From positions 74,648,001 through 74,712,000 of the forward strand of contig NC_059425.1 of assembly GCF_021028975.2 (NCBI RefSeq): 64,000 bases of DNA. Direction: 5' to 3'. The position numbers and the translations under genes are program-made. How positions within the stretch are numbered: position 1 is the stretch's first letter; the number at the start of each line of letters is the position of its first letter. This document shows, piece by piece, positions 48,001-60,539 of this stretch. The notes beneath the pieces are model-generated. The model made no database searches. It had not been told where the DNA came from and saw only the letters and a program-made list of their open reading frames with translations. The stretch comes from Sphaerodactylus townsendi (lineage: Eukaryota).

Positions 48001-51000
48001 ACTCTCCTCTGTTTGCAACAGGAAGGAGGTTCGAAGAGCTGCCGCCTGTGCAACATAATTTATAGTTACAAAAACATACCTCCCCGCTTCTTGCTCATTG
48101 GGTTGAGTCAAGTAAACGTACAGACTTGGTCATCTTATCCCACCTCTTCTGCTAACCCTTATCTATTTGTGAATTCCTTGCTAGCTCCCTTATCTCTACT
48201 AACAGGCTTCAAAGGAGGAGATATGACAGTCAAGCCATTAATCTCTCCTTCTGTTCCAATTAGTACTGTTCAGGTGGGATATGATCTCAGAGCAGGTGTG
48301 CTTTATCTCAATTTAGCCAACAAACTTTAAGACTTCTATCTGCTGTCAAGGTCACTATGCTCCCTGGCACCCCTTCGCATTCTTCCGTGTTTACTTGATT
48401 TTTAGCAAGCTCAATTCCAAGCCTCATCAGGGATGTTAGCTAAGATGATTTTATATAACGTGCTTCACTCTTTGTGCAGGCTAACTTTTAAGGCTACCTA
48501 TATGTGTCTATATGGCTTAAAACACTATAAATTATATATGTGTGCATATCAGTGGGTTCTGTGGGGCAGAACCTGGATTGAGTTTGCAACAACAATTTTT
48601 AAAAACAAAATGGTTTACTTTCTTGATGGTTTACTTAAGGGCTTGATGAACAGGCTTCAACATGATGAAGGTTTCCAGGAGAACTCTCACCCATTACAAC
48701 CACAAAAAGAAACCCTGAAACAATAAACTCCAACATTTACAACATAGCAAAAACAAACAACTACCTTCCCAGTAGTTCCCAACAATATTGCTGTCACCTT
48801 AACAAGGTGTTAAGGGCTTATAGAAATCAAGGTCCGAGTCTGGTAGCCTTGTCTCCTCCAACTACATGAGGTCTGCTGCCTCGTGCTGCTCTGAGTCTCC
48901 ACCCCTTACTGGGTCAACCCATTCTGAGCATGGGGGTTACACATGCAGGCTCAAAAAAGTTGGAAACCCAAATTATAGCACCTAACTTCTGAAAGCTCTG
49001 AACTTCATTAAAAATAGGCCACATCTTCCACTTTAATATGAATTAGACACATCCAGTTTAGCTTGGGAAGCTTAGGCAAACTTGTATGCAAGTCAAACCC
49101 GCTGGGATTATTCCTGAGTAAATATGTTGGTATCAGCCTGCATGCTTTATTTTCCTTGATTTTAGATCTGTAAAGGGGCTTCACCTGAACATGATGTTCC
49201 TGACAAAAATTGGTTGGAGTGGCTTTATGTCTTTACTGCTGGGAGCCTATGTGCCATGGTTGGTGGGCCTCACCAGGGAAGACTCACGTCGTTTATTTCC
49301 ATACTTTAAGAAGCATGTATATGACCTCTTGCGAGAGACTGGCTACCTGCACATCCAGGCCACCAAACCAGACACAGTAGGTTTGTGAATTTACTTTATT
49401 TGTGGCTGTTATTGTCAGCAGCTCACTCTGCTCCTGCCCCTGCACAATGCTGATACTGTTGTTAAAATAAAGGAAGTCACAGATTAAACTATATTTGACT
49501 AAATGAAGCTTTCAAATGGTCCCCCATAGGAACACACCCTTAGATCTAGTGGACAAGGTTTTAGTGGGTTTTGTGTATCGATCCAGAGCCAGTTGCCTTT
49601 TCTCAGCACTTGTGCCAAAATGTAACAATCAAAAATCTGCAAACTGAAACTTGTACAAATAAGTGATTTCAAATCTTAGATGTCAACATGTTAGCTCTGG
49701 TCAATGTATTCTGAATCTTTCATACTAAAATGTTTAGCTCCTCCCCCCAACATAATAATGTAATATATGTACATACTTTTACTGCTATATCAGAGAGAAT
49801 TGTAGGGAGAGCAGGTTCATAAAATGCTCCCTAGTGTGCGCTCACATGAAGAAATGCAGTGTGTGAGCTGAAACTTTATAAATAAAATGAGTAGCAATCC
49901 TTGTGATCACAGGAGTTTTTTTCTAGTCTTGCACATTTTTTCAAATTAATGGGATCCTTTCAAGAATAATCAAGACTAACGACAAAAATAGTATTTCATA
50001 AGAGGATGGGGTGGAATAAAATGAGTTGAAATACAAAGCCTGGATTTTCTTCCGGATCCTTGAACAAGTCTTTTGCATGATCCAGTTACTAACCCAAGGC
50101 TAGAAATTTGGAGACTGTTGACTGAAGGCTGTTGTGTTGCTTTCCTAACCTAGGGTGTGGATTGAATAATTCTCCTGTGGGCCTTGCTGCATACATTCTA
50201 GAAAAGTTCTCTACCTGGACAGATAAATCATTCCGGAATTTGGACAATGGAGGTCTGGAAAGGTAGGCATTTGTGCATTGGAAAAACAACCAGCAATTTA
50301 AAAACTGAGGAAGGGACAGGGTTAGAGAATCAAAAGGATGAATTCTCCATCTTTTATTATGAGAAGGCAAATTGTGTTAAGTGTCGTCAAGTTGCTTCCA
50401 ACTTATGGCTACCCTGTGAATTAATGCCCTCCAGAATTTCCTATTGTTAACAGCCTTGCTCAGGTCTTGCAGTCCAAGGGCCGTAGCCTCTTTTTTCTGT
50501 CTTATATTGGATCTTCCTCTTTTTCCTACTGCCTTCAAGTTTTCCTGGCATTATTGTCTTTTCCAGTGACTAAATACTCTGCTCTGCCATTAATGCTTTT
50601 CTTATTCAGGAAATACTCTCTGGATGAACTTTTAACCAATGTCATGATTTATTGGGTGTCTTCCTCCATTGTGTCATCAATGCGCTTTTACAAGGAGAAC
50701 TTGTCTCAGAGCCCTGCCAGTGCACCTGACGCCAGGTAAGAAATAGGTATTGGAAAGTATTCCAAGATAAGGCATCCCACTGCACACTGCCTTACATTGT
50801 GTAATAAATTTTATGAGGCCTTTTTTCAAGGAGCTGCTTACTCAGTTCCTGAAATATAAGATCATATTTTTGCCATAATGCAAACATAACATAGTTCTTT
50901 CTTCAACAGAAAATCTCCCTCCCCCAAACGTATTTGAACATTGTATGCTCTAAAGTTAAGACAGCTCATTTAAAAAAATAACTTGAAGTCACAATGTTAA

Positions 51001-54000
51001 GGATCCCAATGGCACTTTACAAATGGGTGCATGGTAACATATCTAATTGAAATGTGATTGCTAGAAACACAGAGTTGGAAGGGACCTCAATGGTCATCTA
51101 GTCCAACTATCTGCACAATGCTAGAAATTCACAACTACCTCAAACCCTACTTCCCCAATGACACCTGCTCTATGCCCAGAGGAAGGCAAAATAACCACTA
51201 GGATCCCTGACCGATCTGGCATGGACGAACATTCCTTCCTGGCCCCAAAGTAGTTGTTGGCATAATACTGGGCATGTAAGAAAGGGTTGCCCCCCACGCC
51301 AGATCTGCCTAAATTCACAGAATCAGAATTGATGTAGATGGTCCTCTAACCATCTTCTCAACAAGCCTAAATATGCTCAGCTCCTTCAACCTTTCCTCAT
51401 ACAACTTGGGCTTCAGACTAGGGGTATGCACCATTTTTTACCAGTAGTTTTGGGATTTGTGTTAAAAAGACCTGGAAATGTTTGAGAAAGCTGAAAATAT
51501 CCAACACCCCTTAGAGGTTTCCCTGGCTTTTTCGGGTCTTTTGAACCTGATCCTGAAAAATTCTGAGCTGTAAGAGCTGTATGATGGGTTTGGCTCATCC
51601 AGACTCAGTATTCAGCTCTGCACCTTCCCCTCCTCTGAAGTCTGTATGGTCTTCGCAGGTGGCTACGCCAAGGTAAATGCTGGGCTAGGCCAGGCCGGGC
51701 CCAGCATTCAGTTCTCTGCTGCTTCTGAGTCCATGTGAACTTTGGAGGTAGCATTTATTAGATAAGTGATGGAGACAGGGAGGGGGAAGAGGGACCCCCC
51801 CCCATTTTTTTAAAGCTAGGGGACCAAAGTGGCTTTTAAAAATGCCACAAAAATATGGCAGTTCTCGGCTCCCTTAAATTACTGCCATTTGGGGGGCAGA
51901 AAAGCTTTTTTTCAAGTATATTTTCAGTTCAGCTTTATCTGGATGCACAATCCTACTTCAGACCCTTCACCATCTTCATTGCCCTTTTCTAGACATGTTC
52001 AACTTATCAACATCTTTCTTAAACTGCAGTGTCTAAAACTGAACAAAATACTCCAAGTGAGGCCTAGCTGGAGCCAAGTGATAGCATCACTTTATGTGAT
52101 GCAGCTCAAAATTGCATTTGTCTTTTAGCTACTTCATCACACTGCTGAATCATGTTCAGTGTATGGTCTACTATACTCATTTCCACAGAAAGATCTAAAT
52201 ACAATTGTGAATTCATCTGCCACTTCTTCCTGGACTTAATTTGTAGTAGAATCCTCCACAGGGGTCCTAGTGCCTGCCTTGTTCTGTCTCCCACCCCCAT
52301 TCGAACGAAAAAAATAAAAAATCATCCTTACCACTTTGTAGAATGAGGACTAACCGGGGAGAGGCACGCAAATTTATGTTTCATTTTTCCCGCTTCCCCC
52401 GCCTATCTTAGAGCTCGTACTTTCCTATTTGTTGCACCTGCCATTCTGTGTAAAATTCAGGAGCCTCTGTGCTGCTGCCACCACCATTTGCAGAACATTC
52501 CCAGGAGTTTCCTCTGCTTGCACCTCATTGGATAGCCATTTCAATGTAAAAAATTGATAACTAAAGTTTGTTTTTCCAGGCCGTCCCATGCACATGTCAT
52601 TTCTTTCCTTTCCTTTTTTTTTTTTGAGGAAGGGATCTTCAGAGCTGTGACAACACTAAGAATCTCAGCTGCTTGGAGGGCTGGTCTACCTCGTATTATG
52701 AAGCAATGGGTAGACCATGTACCCATTGCTTTTAATGGGAGCTTGGCCAGCCCTCCAAGCAGCTATGATTTTTAGTGTTCTCATATCTACAAAGACACAT
52801 CCCTCAAAACAAAAAAGGTAAAAAACAACACATTTTTATTCATGATAGAAACAGGTTTATTAACAAAAAAGATGTGTTTCTTACAAACATAACAGTGAGA
52901 TAACAGAGAGATTTCTCTGAAGAATTTGAAAAGCCTGCTCCTGCTCTGTCGACCATTTTTTCAAAGGAAAGGAATGTTTTCGTTTGAAAAAGGCAAGTTG
53001 TACCAATAGTCATTGGAGGAAATATAAATGTTCTTTTATCAAACTACCATGTTTAATAGTGCACAGAATGATAGTTTTGACGAAGACTGCTCTTAAAAAA
53101 TTATTCTTTAATGCTCATAGACATTTGGGGCTGTTTTCACCTGCGGAAATACATGACTTTCACTTCCACCACACCACTATTGACCAACCATGCATAGATC
53201 TTTTGGTGGAAAAGGGTATAAGACTCCTAAATCATTTTTGCAAATACTTCTGCCAAGACAGGTCTCCTCCATCCTATAATTATGAACTTGATTTTCCCAA
53301 CCTAAATGCAGAACTTTACATTTATTTCTGTTGAAATTCATTTTGTTAGATTTAGCCCAGTTTTCCAGCTTGTCAAAATCATCCTGTATCTTGACTTTAT
53401 CTTCGACTGTATTTGCTACCCCTCCAAATTTTGTATCATCTGCAAATTTAATGAGCACCTCCTCTATTCCTTCATCCAAGCCATTTTTAAAGATGTTGAA
53501 CCTACAGGACCCAGGGCAATTTCCTGAGGCAGTCCATTTGCCACTCCTCTCCAAGAAGATAAACCACTAGGAAGCACTTGTTGGGTGTGATATGTCAACC
53601 AGTTACAAATCCACATAACATAGAGGATCCAAACCACATTTTATCACCTTGTCAACAAGAATATATGTGAAATTATCATAAGTCCTACTGAAGTAAAAAT
53701 AAGCTATGTTCACAGTATTGCCCTGATCCTACAGGTAAGAACTCTTTAAAAAAAAAAGGAGATAAGGTTAGCCTGTCATGACTTACAGAAACATACAGTT
53801 GGAAGCGGCCACTCAGACAGTCCAGTCCCCTGCTCAATGCAGAACCAGCCTAGGCCATCACTAACAAGTGTTCACCTAGCCGCTAGTGCGTGGGAGCTCA
53901 CTGCTTCCCTGGGTAGCCAATTCTGCTGCTGAACTACTCTTACTGTAAAATTTCCCTAAAATCCAGCTGGTATTTTTAGGCCCATAATTTAAATCCATTA

Positions 54001-55073
54001 CTGCAAGTCTTTTCCTCTACTGCCAACAAGAACAGCTCCCTCCCTTCTCTTAGTGATTGCCTTTCAGATGTTTAAAGAGAGCAATCATGCCCCCCTCAGC
54101 TTTCTCTTCTCCAGACTAAACATTCCCATGTCTCTCAGCCTTTCCTCACTGTGCTTGGTCTCCAGGACCCAGATCATTCTTGTCACTCTCCTCTGCACCC
54201 ACTCAATTCAGTCCACATTCTTGTTGAAGTGGACTCCAGAACTGCACACAGTACTCCAGGTGCAGCCTGGTCAATATTTTAAAATGCCTCCCCATCCACA
54301 CTGAACAAGTACTGCAATTTAGTGGCTCCTTTTATGGTTGTTTAAAAAATCAAGCTCACCTCACAAAGATAAAAGCTTCATACATACCACTTGCTATTGT
54401 AGTCCAGATCTAAGATTAGAATCTAAACTTTAAGAAAAATGACTTGGTAGCAGTTAGGTCTACTAACCTAATACAAGAGTGTAGCAACAGATTTAGGTCT
54501 TAAGTTTTTGTACCTATTAGAAATAGAAAATGGCTAAAACGTATAAATAGAACAAAAATTTAATTTACTGTGCTGTAAACTGGCTTGGAAAAGCTAGACT
54601 CAAATCCAGTGGCACCTTTGAAACCAACAAAATTTTCAAGGTATACTTTTTTCAGAGCTTCCTTTGTCAGAAATCATCTGATAAAGGGAGCTTGGACTCT
54701 CAAAAACATACACCCCCCGAAAATCTTATTGGGTCTGTTAAGAAGCTACTAGACTTGAATCTAGCTGTTCTTCTGGAAACGAACATGATTGCCCTCTGAA
54801 ACAGGCTAACAGAAGATATTTCTTGTCATTGCCTAACAAGCTTTCATGTGTTATGATGTCTCTGTCTACAGGATTGATGTTTATGTTCCCACTGGCCTTT
54901 CTGCCTTCCCTAATGAACTTGCCCATGCCCCTCGGTCCTGGGCAAAGAAGAAGTTTAAGAACATTGTCAACTATTCCTACATGCCCCGTGGCGGGCACTT
55001 TGCCGCCTTTGAGGAACCAGAACTTTTGGCTCAAGACATCAGGCACTTTGTAAGGAAGGTAGAGCGTCTTTGA
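39005..55073 (+). CDS. EPHX1: Microsomal epoxide hydrolase (EPHX1-like), 9 coding exons, 1434 nt, 477 aa
   Basis: Exons 39005-39033, 45809-46019, 46241-46421, 46558-46788, 46880-47009, 49166-49380, 50154-50262, 50610-50735, 54872-55073; all GT-AG and in phase. Motifs: GDGWWG, HGWPGSF, nucleophile GGDWG, tyrosines TGYLHIQ and MRFYKEN, acid [15 protein letters not shown]. Ortholog versus paralog of EPHX1 is unresolved. Confidence 0.95.
41435..41629. mobile_element. Short degenerate hAT MITE
   Basis: Left end resembles that of the 44491 element; TSD atctggca / atctggta. Confidence 0.65.
44491..45198. mobile_element. Non-autonomous hAT element
   Basis: TIRs aagaggtgtagcta / tagctacacctctt; TSD tcacctgg / tcgcctgg. 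Confidence 0.88.
45508..45756. mobile_element. PIF/Harbinger-like MITE
   Basis: TIRs gggccagactagatgtg / cacatctagcttgaccc; TAA on both sides. Confidence 0.75.
45809..46019 (+). CDS. EPHX1: EPHX1-like exon 2 (membrane anchor)
   Basis: ctccctag|g ... cag|gtacca; [25 protein letters not shown]. Confidence 0.93.
46241..46421 (+). CDS. EPHX1: EPHX1-like exon 3
   Basis: [33 protein letters not shown]; 181 nt. Confidence 0.96.
46558..46788 (+). CDS. EPHX1: EPHX1-like exon 4
   Basis: [35 protein letters not shown]. Confidence 0.96.
46880..47009 (+). CDS. EPHX1: EPHX1-like exon 5 (catalytic Asp)
   Basis: [25 protein letters not shown]; 130 nt. Confidence 0.96.
47555..48970. mobile_element. Old hAT-type element split by a solo LTR
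   Basis: Begins cagtggtctacaa, ends caggctcaaaaaagttggaaaccc; TSD not recognisable. Confidence 0.55.
47860..48941. mobile_element. Solo LTR (Gypsy or ERV type), 1082 bp
   Basis: TGTAACC...GGTTACA termini; 4-bp TSD catg. Confidence 0.82.
49166..49380 (+). CDS. EPHX1: EPHX1-like exon 6
   Basis: [25 protein letters not shown]. Confidence 0.95.
50154..50262 (+). CDS. EPHX1: EPHX1-like exon 7
   Basis: [26 protein letters not shown]; 109 nt. Confidence 0.95.
50610..50735 (+). CDS. EPHX1: EPHX1-like exon 8
   Basis: [24 protein letters not shown]; 126 nt. Confidence 0.95.
51060..54270 (-). mobile_element. Cluster of CR1 LINE fragments in EPHX1-like intron 8
   Basis: [47 protein letters not shown] at ~53230-53500; CR1-type 3' ends near 51065 and 53790. 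Boundaries approximate. Confidence 0.85.
54872..55073 (+). CDS. EPHX1: EPHX1-like exon 9 (catalytic Glu and His, stop)
   Basis: [38 protein letters not shown]. Confidence 0.96.
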
Positions 55074-55416
55074 AGAAACGGCATGCCATGAGCATCTCAG
55101 AGATACAAGAAAGAGCATGAAGCTTAGAGGCAATATGCAATAGTTAAAACAAAATATTGTAATTTAATTGCTGCTTAAGCTTCAGAGTCAGATGCTCCTC
55201 TTATGAGAAACTGTTGTTGTCACACAAAGAAGTTTTAAAAAATTATTCAATGTGAATCATGTCCTCTTTTATTTAAATTCATTATTCATTCTTCTTCTTC
55301 TACTTCATTTTACAGACATTACAGGCAGATTACATTCACACGTGATTTAAGTAGCACCTCTCCAAAACATAAAGCAACACTTTACAGAACATTGTGAACT
55401 TTTCAAAAAGAAATAA

Positions 55417-55422
55417 TTTATT
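55417..55422 (-). terminator. Candidate poly(A) signal of MAD2L1BP
   Basis: First canonical AATAAA on - after the stop codon; a second lies at 55268-55273. Confidence 0.45.
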
Positions 55423-55911
55423 GCAGCTGGATTTTGAAGTACTTTTAAGGACTGAGCTCTACTTTATGAGTCCATTTTAGAAACTGCCACCTTCTCCCTG
55501 ACCCCTTCATCTTCTGAGGAACTACTCCATGGCTTTCGAAAGCTTGTTTATAACAGAGCCTGTGTACAAATTACAGAATAGCTGCAGTGTTTTTCTTTGC
55601 TTTGAATAGACATGTTTGTTCAGCCTCTCCCAGAAAGTAATTCAGAACAAACTACCATTGAGTCCCAGAAAGCTTGTAAAGCTGAGATTAGAAAGCCTTT
55701 CCCTTAACAACCACTTCTTGCATGTAGCTATTCTATGTAGAACACTTATCAAAATACAATGCTGGTCTGAATAGTATTCAGATACCAGACAAGCAAAAGC
55801 ATGTCCACATAACAGGCACTTTCCTCCATTTTAGTTTCTTGACACAGAATCTTGCTCTCAGGGCTCAGAAATTACCTATCCTATCAAGGTGCCCCATGTC
55901 TAGCTTCCTTT

Positions 55912-56039
55912 GGGATCTGCAACCTGCGGCTCTCCAGATGTTCATGGACTGCAATTCCCATCAGCCCCTGGCATGGCTGGCAGGGACTTATGGGATTTGT
56001 GGTCCATGAACATCTGGAGAGCTGCAGGTTACAGCCCCC
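55912..56039. mobile_element. Diverged relative of the 148-bp palindromic MITE
   Basis: aacctgcggctctccagatgttcatggac...gtccatgaacatctggagagctgcaggtt; termini decayed. Confidence 0.85.
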
Positions 56040-56244
56040 AGCTAGTATATTCTTCCTTTGCTACAGAATAGCAGTCGGACCCCCATGCCCATGAGAAAGT
56101 CACTCTCCCCAATCTGTTAACTATTTTCACTAAACCTTAAAGAAATACAGTTCCTGACAGTGGCTTTGCTCAAATCATGTAAAGTTTATCTATTTTAGAC
56201 TAGACCTAGTCTTACAGGAGTCCTCTATCTTAATGTAAGCACTG

Positions 56245-56250
56245 AATAAA
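56245..56250 (+). terminator. Candidate poly(A) signal of the EPHX1-like gene
   Basis: First AATAAA on + after the stop codon. Confidence 0.45.
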
Positions 56251-57183
56251 AAATATCAGTATCACAATGCAATGCAGCCTAAAGGAGGTCAGTCTTTCAT
56301 CTGTCTGACTTATACATTAATTTAAGTAGCACTTCTACTTTATCTTTGGTCAAAGCGAGGGTAGATGAGGTAAGCAACTTCTATATCTTTAGAAATGTAA
56401 ACTGAAACTTCAAAAGCTGTGCAATTAAGATCTATTTCCACATGAAGCGCTTTTAGGATGTTTACCTCTAGCATTAGTTAAAGGTCAGCACAGCAGAACC
56501 ATTGTGAAGAAAACAAAGTATTTGAACATTATTCATGCTGACAATTTAAGGGAGAGTGCCTCCTCCAAGATTACTCAAAATACTTCTCAGAAGACCAGTG
56601 TCTTCAGGCAGAGTCTAGAAAACATGGGTGAAAATATTGAAGGACTCCAGCTTTTAAATGTCATTATTCCTCCACACAAGAAAAAAGAAGTTTGCTAGGC
56701 TGATTTAAAGTTGGGTGTCCCTTATTGAGGTATCTATCATTGCACAGGCAAAGATGAAAATTATGGCTTTCACAATACCCTCAAAAAAATCAACAATGAT
56801 AAGAGATTGGAATTTAGTAAACATTGCACAGTGATCTAGCAGTGAATATAGTCTACTGCTAATGTAATGTTCTGCAGGAAGTTCCTACAATAGCCCACTT
56901 GTTTCAAGTATTGTTTAACAACCAAACAGCAAGGAAAATAGGTTGATGGGTCCCACAACACTGTTTTATCCTTTGAATAAAAGGCTCTTGTAATCAGACT
57001 GGAGCTGTTTCCAAGTCCCATCATTCGGAGAAAGCTCTCTAGAGAGTACAGTACAGCCCAGTATAGCTCTTAAAGCACTTCTGGAAAATAGAGTGGAACA
57101 AGAAAATTGCAGTTGCAGATGATCAAAGACTTAGCACAGAGCAACATCAATATGAGGTTAAGAATGTCCCATTTAAAACTTTG

Positions 57184-57723
57184 TCAAGAAAAGTAACGGA
57201 AACCCTTCACTGTCACTGGAGCTTGGAACCATATATAATCATTCAAAGCAGAGTTTACTTCTGTGTAAGAGGAAGGGGTTGCACAATCACGGTCACTACA
57301 GGATAGGTTGACAGTCAGCTTCCTCCCTCGAGCTGGCACTTTGTAGTTTAGTTTGGGTCGAAACCAGTCAATGCCACAGTTGCGGTGTCCTTGGACCATA
57401 ACAATGACGCCCATGGTGGGGACAGCTTGAAGATCACTGAAGACATCAGCCAGGAAGAGTGAATGGAAAAGCTTGCGAACACAGGATGCCGTCTGCAGGC
57501 TCTCCTGAGTGCTACCTACTGAAATACCCTGCAGGTTGATCTCATATAGTTCTTTAGGGCTCACAGCAGTACCCCCAAGCAGAATAAGAACTCGTGGGAC
57601 CAATGTCAAACTGAACATAATTTCCAAGTGTTGGAACACTTTCTCCAGGTCACCTAGCACTTGCTGGCATTTTTTATTGCTGGCTGGATCTCCACGATAG
57701 ACTTTTCTGATCACATCTTCATC
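57184..57723 (-). CDS. MAD2L1BP: MAD2L1-binding protein (p31comet), last exon
   Basis: Acceptor cttcacag|gat; KKCQQVL..VPRVLILLGG..PKELYEINL..CVRKLFHSLF..DWFRPKLNYKVP..DYIWFQAPVTVKGF. Confidence 0.96.
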   Translation of the reverse strand, partial: DEDVIRKVYRGDPASNKKCQQVLGDLEKVFQHLEIMFSLTLVPRVLILLGGTAVSPKELYEINLQGISVGSTQESLQTASCVRKLFHSLFLADVFSDLQAVPTMGVIVMVQGHRNCGIDWFRPKLNYKVPARGRKLTVNLSCSDRDCATPSSYTEVNSALNDYIWFQAPVTVKGFRYFS

Positions 57724-58079
57724 CTGTGAAGTAAACAGAATTGAAGCAATGGGAATATTTTAAAAGGGGAAACAATACACACCTTTTATGTCCAAGTACT
57801 TCACATGCTTTACCTTAAGGCCTTTGTGGTAACATGTAGTATAGATTGTAATAATGAATGCTAATGAACCACATCACTACTGAACTAAAAAAGGACACTA
57901 GCTTCTGACAAAACTTGACACATTCTGCCATAATCACTCATCTTGAATTCTGACATTGTAAGAGATTTCTCCAGAAATTAAAACGTGTCACTAGATATAA
58001 AGATCACAATAGTTCTAATTGCTGTTATTCAACAGATTACAACAAAACAAGGTGTTATTCCACCTTTGGGATACTATTG

Positions 58080-58870
58080 TACATTTCAGTCTGGCATCCA
58101 GCCTGGCCATGGGACAGAGACCATGCTGGTCACTCTCACAGACAACCTCCATAGACAGCTGGATTGCAGTGGGTCAACACTGCTACTGCTGTTAGATCTC
58201 TTGACAGTGTTAGACATGGTTGACCACCATCTACTTAGTCTCTGCCTTGCTGCAATTGGGTTATGTGGGACAGCCCTTCAATAGTTGATCTTATTTCTTC
58301 AACAGAGGGTACTGCATGATACCCTTTGCTATGTAGGGTCCCTTGGGGCAGCACTTGACACCCAGATTTTTTGCTTGATGCACAGCCAGCCAGAGCACTG
58401 TCCCAGATACATTGGCCATGTGCTTGGGGGCCATGGTTGAAGCAGAGTCAGTTCAAATGGAATCCATCAAAGACAGACGTCCTGTGACTGGGTTGGGGAT
58501 GCTTAGGGCCAGGGCCACAGCTCCAGACTCTAGAGGAGTTCAACTATGCCAACTTCATCAAGAATTTGGGTGTGATCCTAGATGTCTCCCTGTTTTTAGA
58601 GACCCAGGTCACAAATACCACCAGACCAGATTTTTTTTACCTTCACCAAACCTGCCCTAACCTGATAATAGCCATAGTGATCCATGCAGCAGTCACCTCC
58701 AGGCTAGACTATTATAACTCACTCTACACAGGGCTACCCTTGAAGTTGCTCCAGAAGCTTCAGCTGTTCCAGAATGCGGCGGTGTGTGTTCTTGTGGGGA
58801 CCCCCCAGAGAGCACATATACAATCACTGTTCCACCAACTGCTCTGTCTCCATACTGAGTATTGCTGTTA
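58080..58870 (+). mobile_element. L2-type LINE RT fragment in the MAD2L1BP intron
   Basis: FQSGIQPGHGTETMLVTL..LLLLLDLLTVLDMVDH; IHAAVTSRLDYYNSLYTGLP. Confidence 0.85.
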
Positions 58871-60539
58871 AGGTGTCATTTTAAAGTAGCTTAGGTAGAT
58901 TAAGTTTTAACTGTTTTATTGCTATATATGTAAGCTTTGATCATATTATAGATATATAGATATATTTATTGTATTGATGTTAGCTGGCCTGAGTCTGACT
59001 TCGTTGGGAAAGGGTGGGATAGAAATTAAAAATTATTATTATTACAAGTAGGTTGCTATTTAGCTGAAATACTTGCATTTACTTCATGAGAATATCAGAT
59101 TTCATTGTGGAAAATCCCCATTCTACTCACTGAATAGGGCTGGGGAACTCTCTCTCATCCTAATCTACCTTGCATAGTGACTGCTAATAAAGAATAACAC
59201 TCTACTGCAAACTACTTGGAGGAACTATATGTTATCACATCTCTACAAACACAAGAACATACATTTAGATTAACATGAGCAATTAGCCTGTGTGTTTATG
59301 CAACTCTCTGTATGGGGCAGAAAATAAAGGGAAATTATATAGACGGGGAACAAAAATATACCTGTCCTAGCCTACATAGAAATTAGGTGGAAGAATACAA
59401 TGTTCCAGGAGCTTCACCTGCAAGCTAGTTTAGTCAGGATCTGACTTTGTGATTTCAGCAAGGAAGCAGACTAACCATGAATACTAGTTTGGCCTGGTTC
59501 AACAAAGGACTACGCATAGCTTGATAGCCTTTCCCTGGTGTCAGATTAAATTACTGGAGTGGCAAATCTGATTAGCATAGTCAAGGAGATGACCTGGCCA
59601 TACTAGTGATTAGCGTTCCTGGAAATTCTTCATAGTAAGGCAGATTCTTTGATGGTCCTAGCAGGTGACTTATTCTCCTACAAACCTAGATCATTAAGTA
59701 TGGCCTCAACTTTGATAAGATCTCAGCAAACCAAAGAACAGAAGTATTATCAAAGCAGGGTTTAGCCCTCCAGGAGAAACCGGTCCGTTTCCCTGTAAGT
59801 CAGCTTTTCTGTTGCCTACTGCCTGGTATCAGTTTCCGTAACAAATATGGTTTCCCTTCCCTAATCTCAGACAGCATATGGTCTGAAAAGTCACGGTGAC
59901 CCAAAACCATCGTTCCCAGGTGAGGACTGTTTCAGAATTACATACACGAGGTTGAAAACTTGGTCCTTTGAAACACTTTGTGAAATTATGAAGTTGGTAT
60001 TATGATGTCCAAATAGCGAGTGAGCAATTACAAGTTCTTCCTATTAGACAGGAACTGCCATTTTTAAGAAGTGACCAAAAAGTAATATTTATGTATTTCT
60101 CCCCTAATTGTAAACTCACCACAAGCTTTATTAGCCCATAATGTTGGGGGTGGGGGGGGTTAAACTCCCCAGTTGTTGCAAATTTGCCCCCCCCCCAGCT
60201 TTAAATTTGTAATTAGCACTTCTACATTTTGACTTCAAATAGCATATTATATTAATTGGCTTGTTCACGTTACAGGTAGAGGAAAATTGTACACAGAACG
60301 CAAGTAGCTAATACTTTGATTAAATTGGACTGGTCTAGGGAGCAATAAATGCCTCTCTGCGGAAGGGCACAATTCCAACCTTCTTGAAGGAAACAGTTGC
60401 TCAACCTTGCCTTAAGAAGGCATCCCTGGACTCTTGTGACCTGAGCAACTATTGTCTAGCAGCTAATTCTCCATTTCCAGGTAAAAGCAGGTGGTGGCCA
60501 TGCAGCCTCAAGCAATCTTGGAGAAGACTGATTATCTAG

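Noticed and set aside
59370-60060. Possible DIRS fragment in the MAD2L1BP intron
   Set aside because: No motif could be read with confidence.
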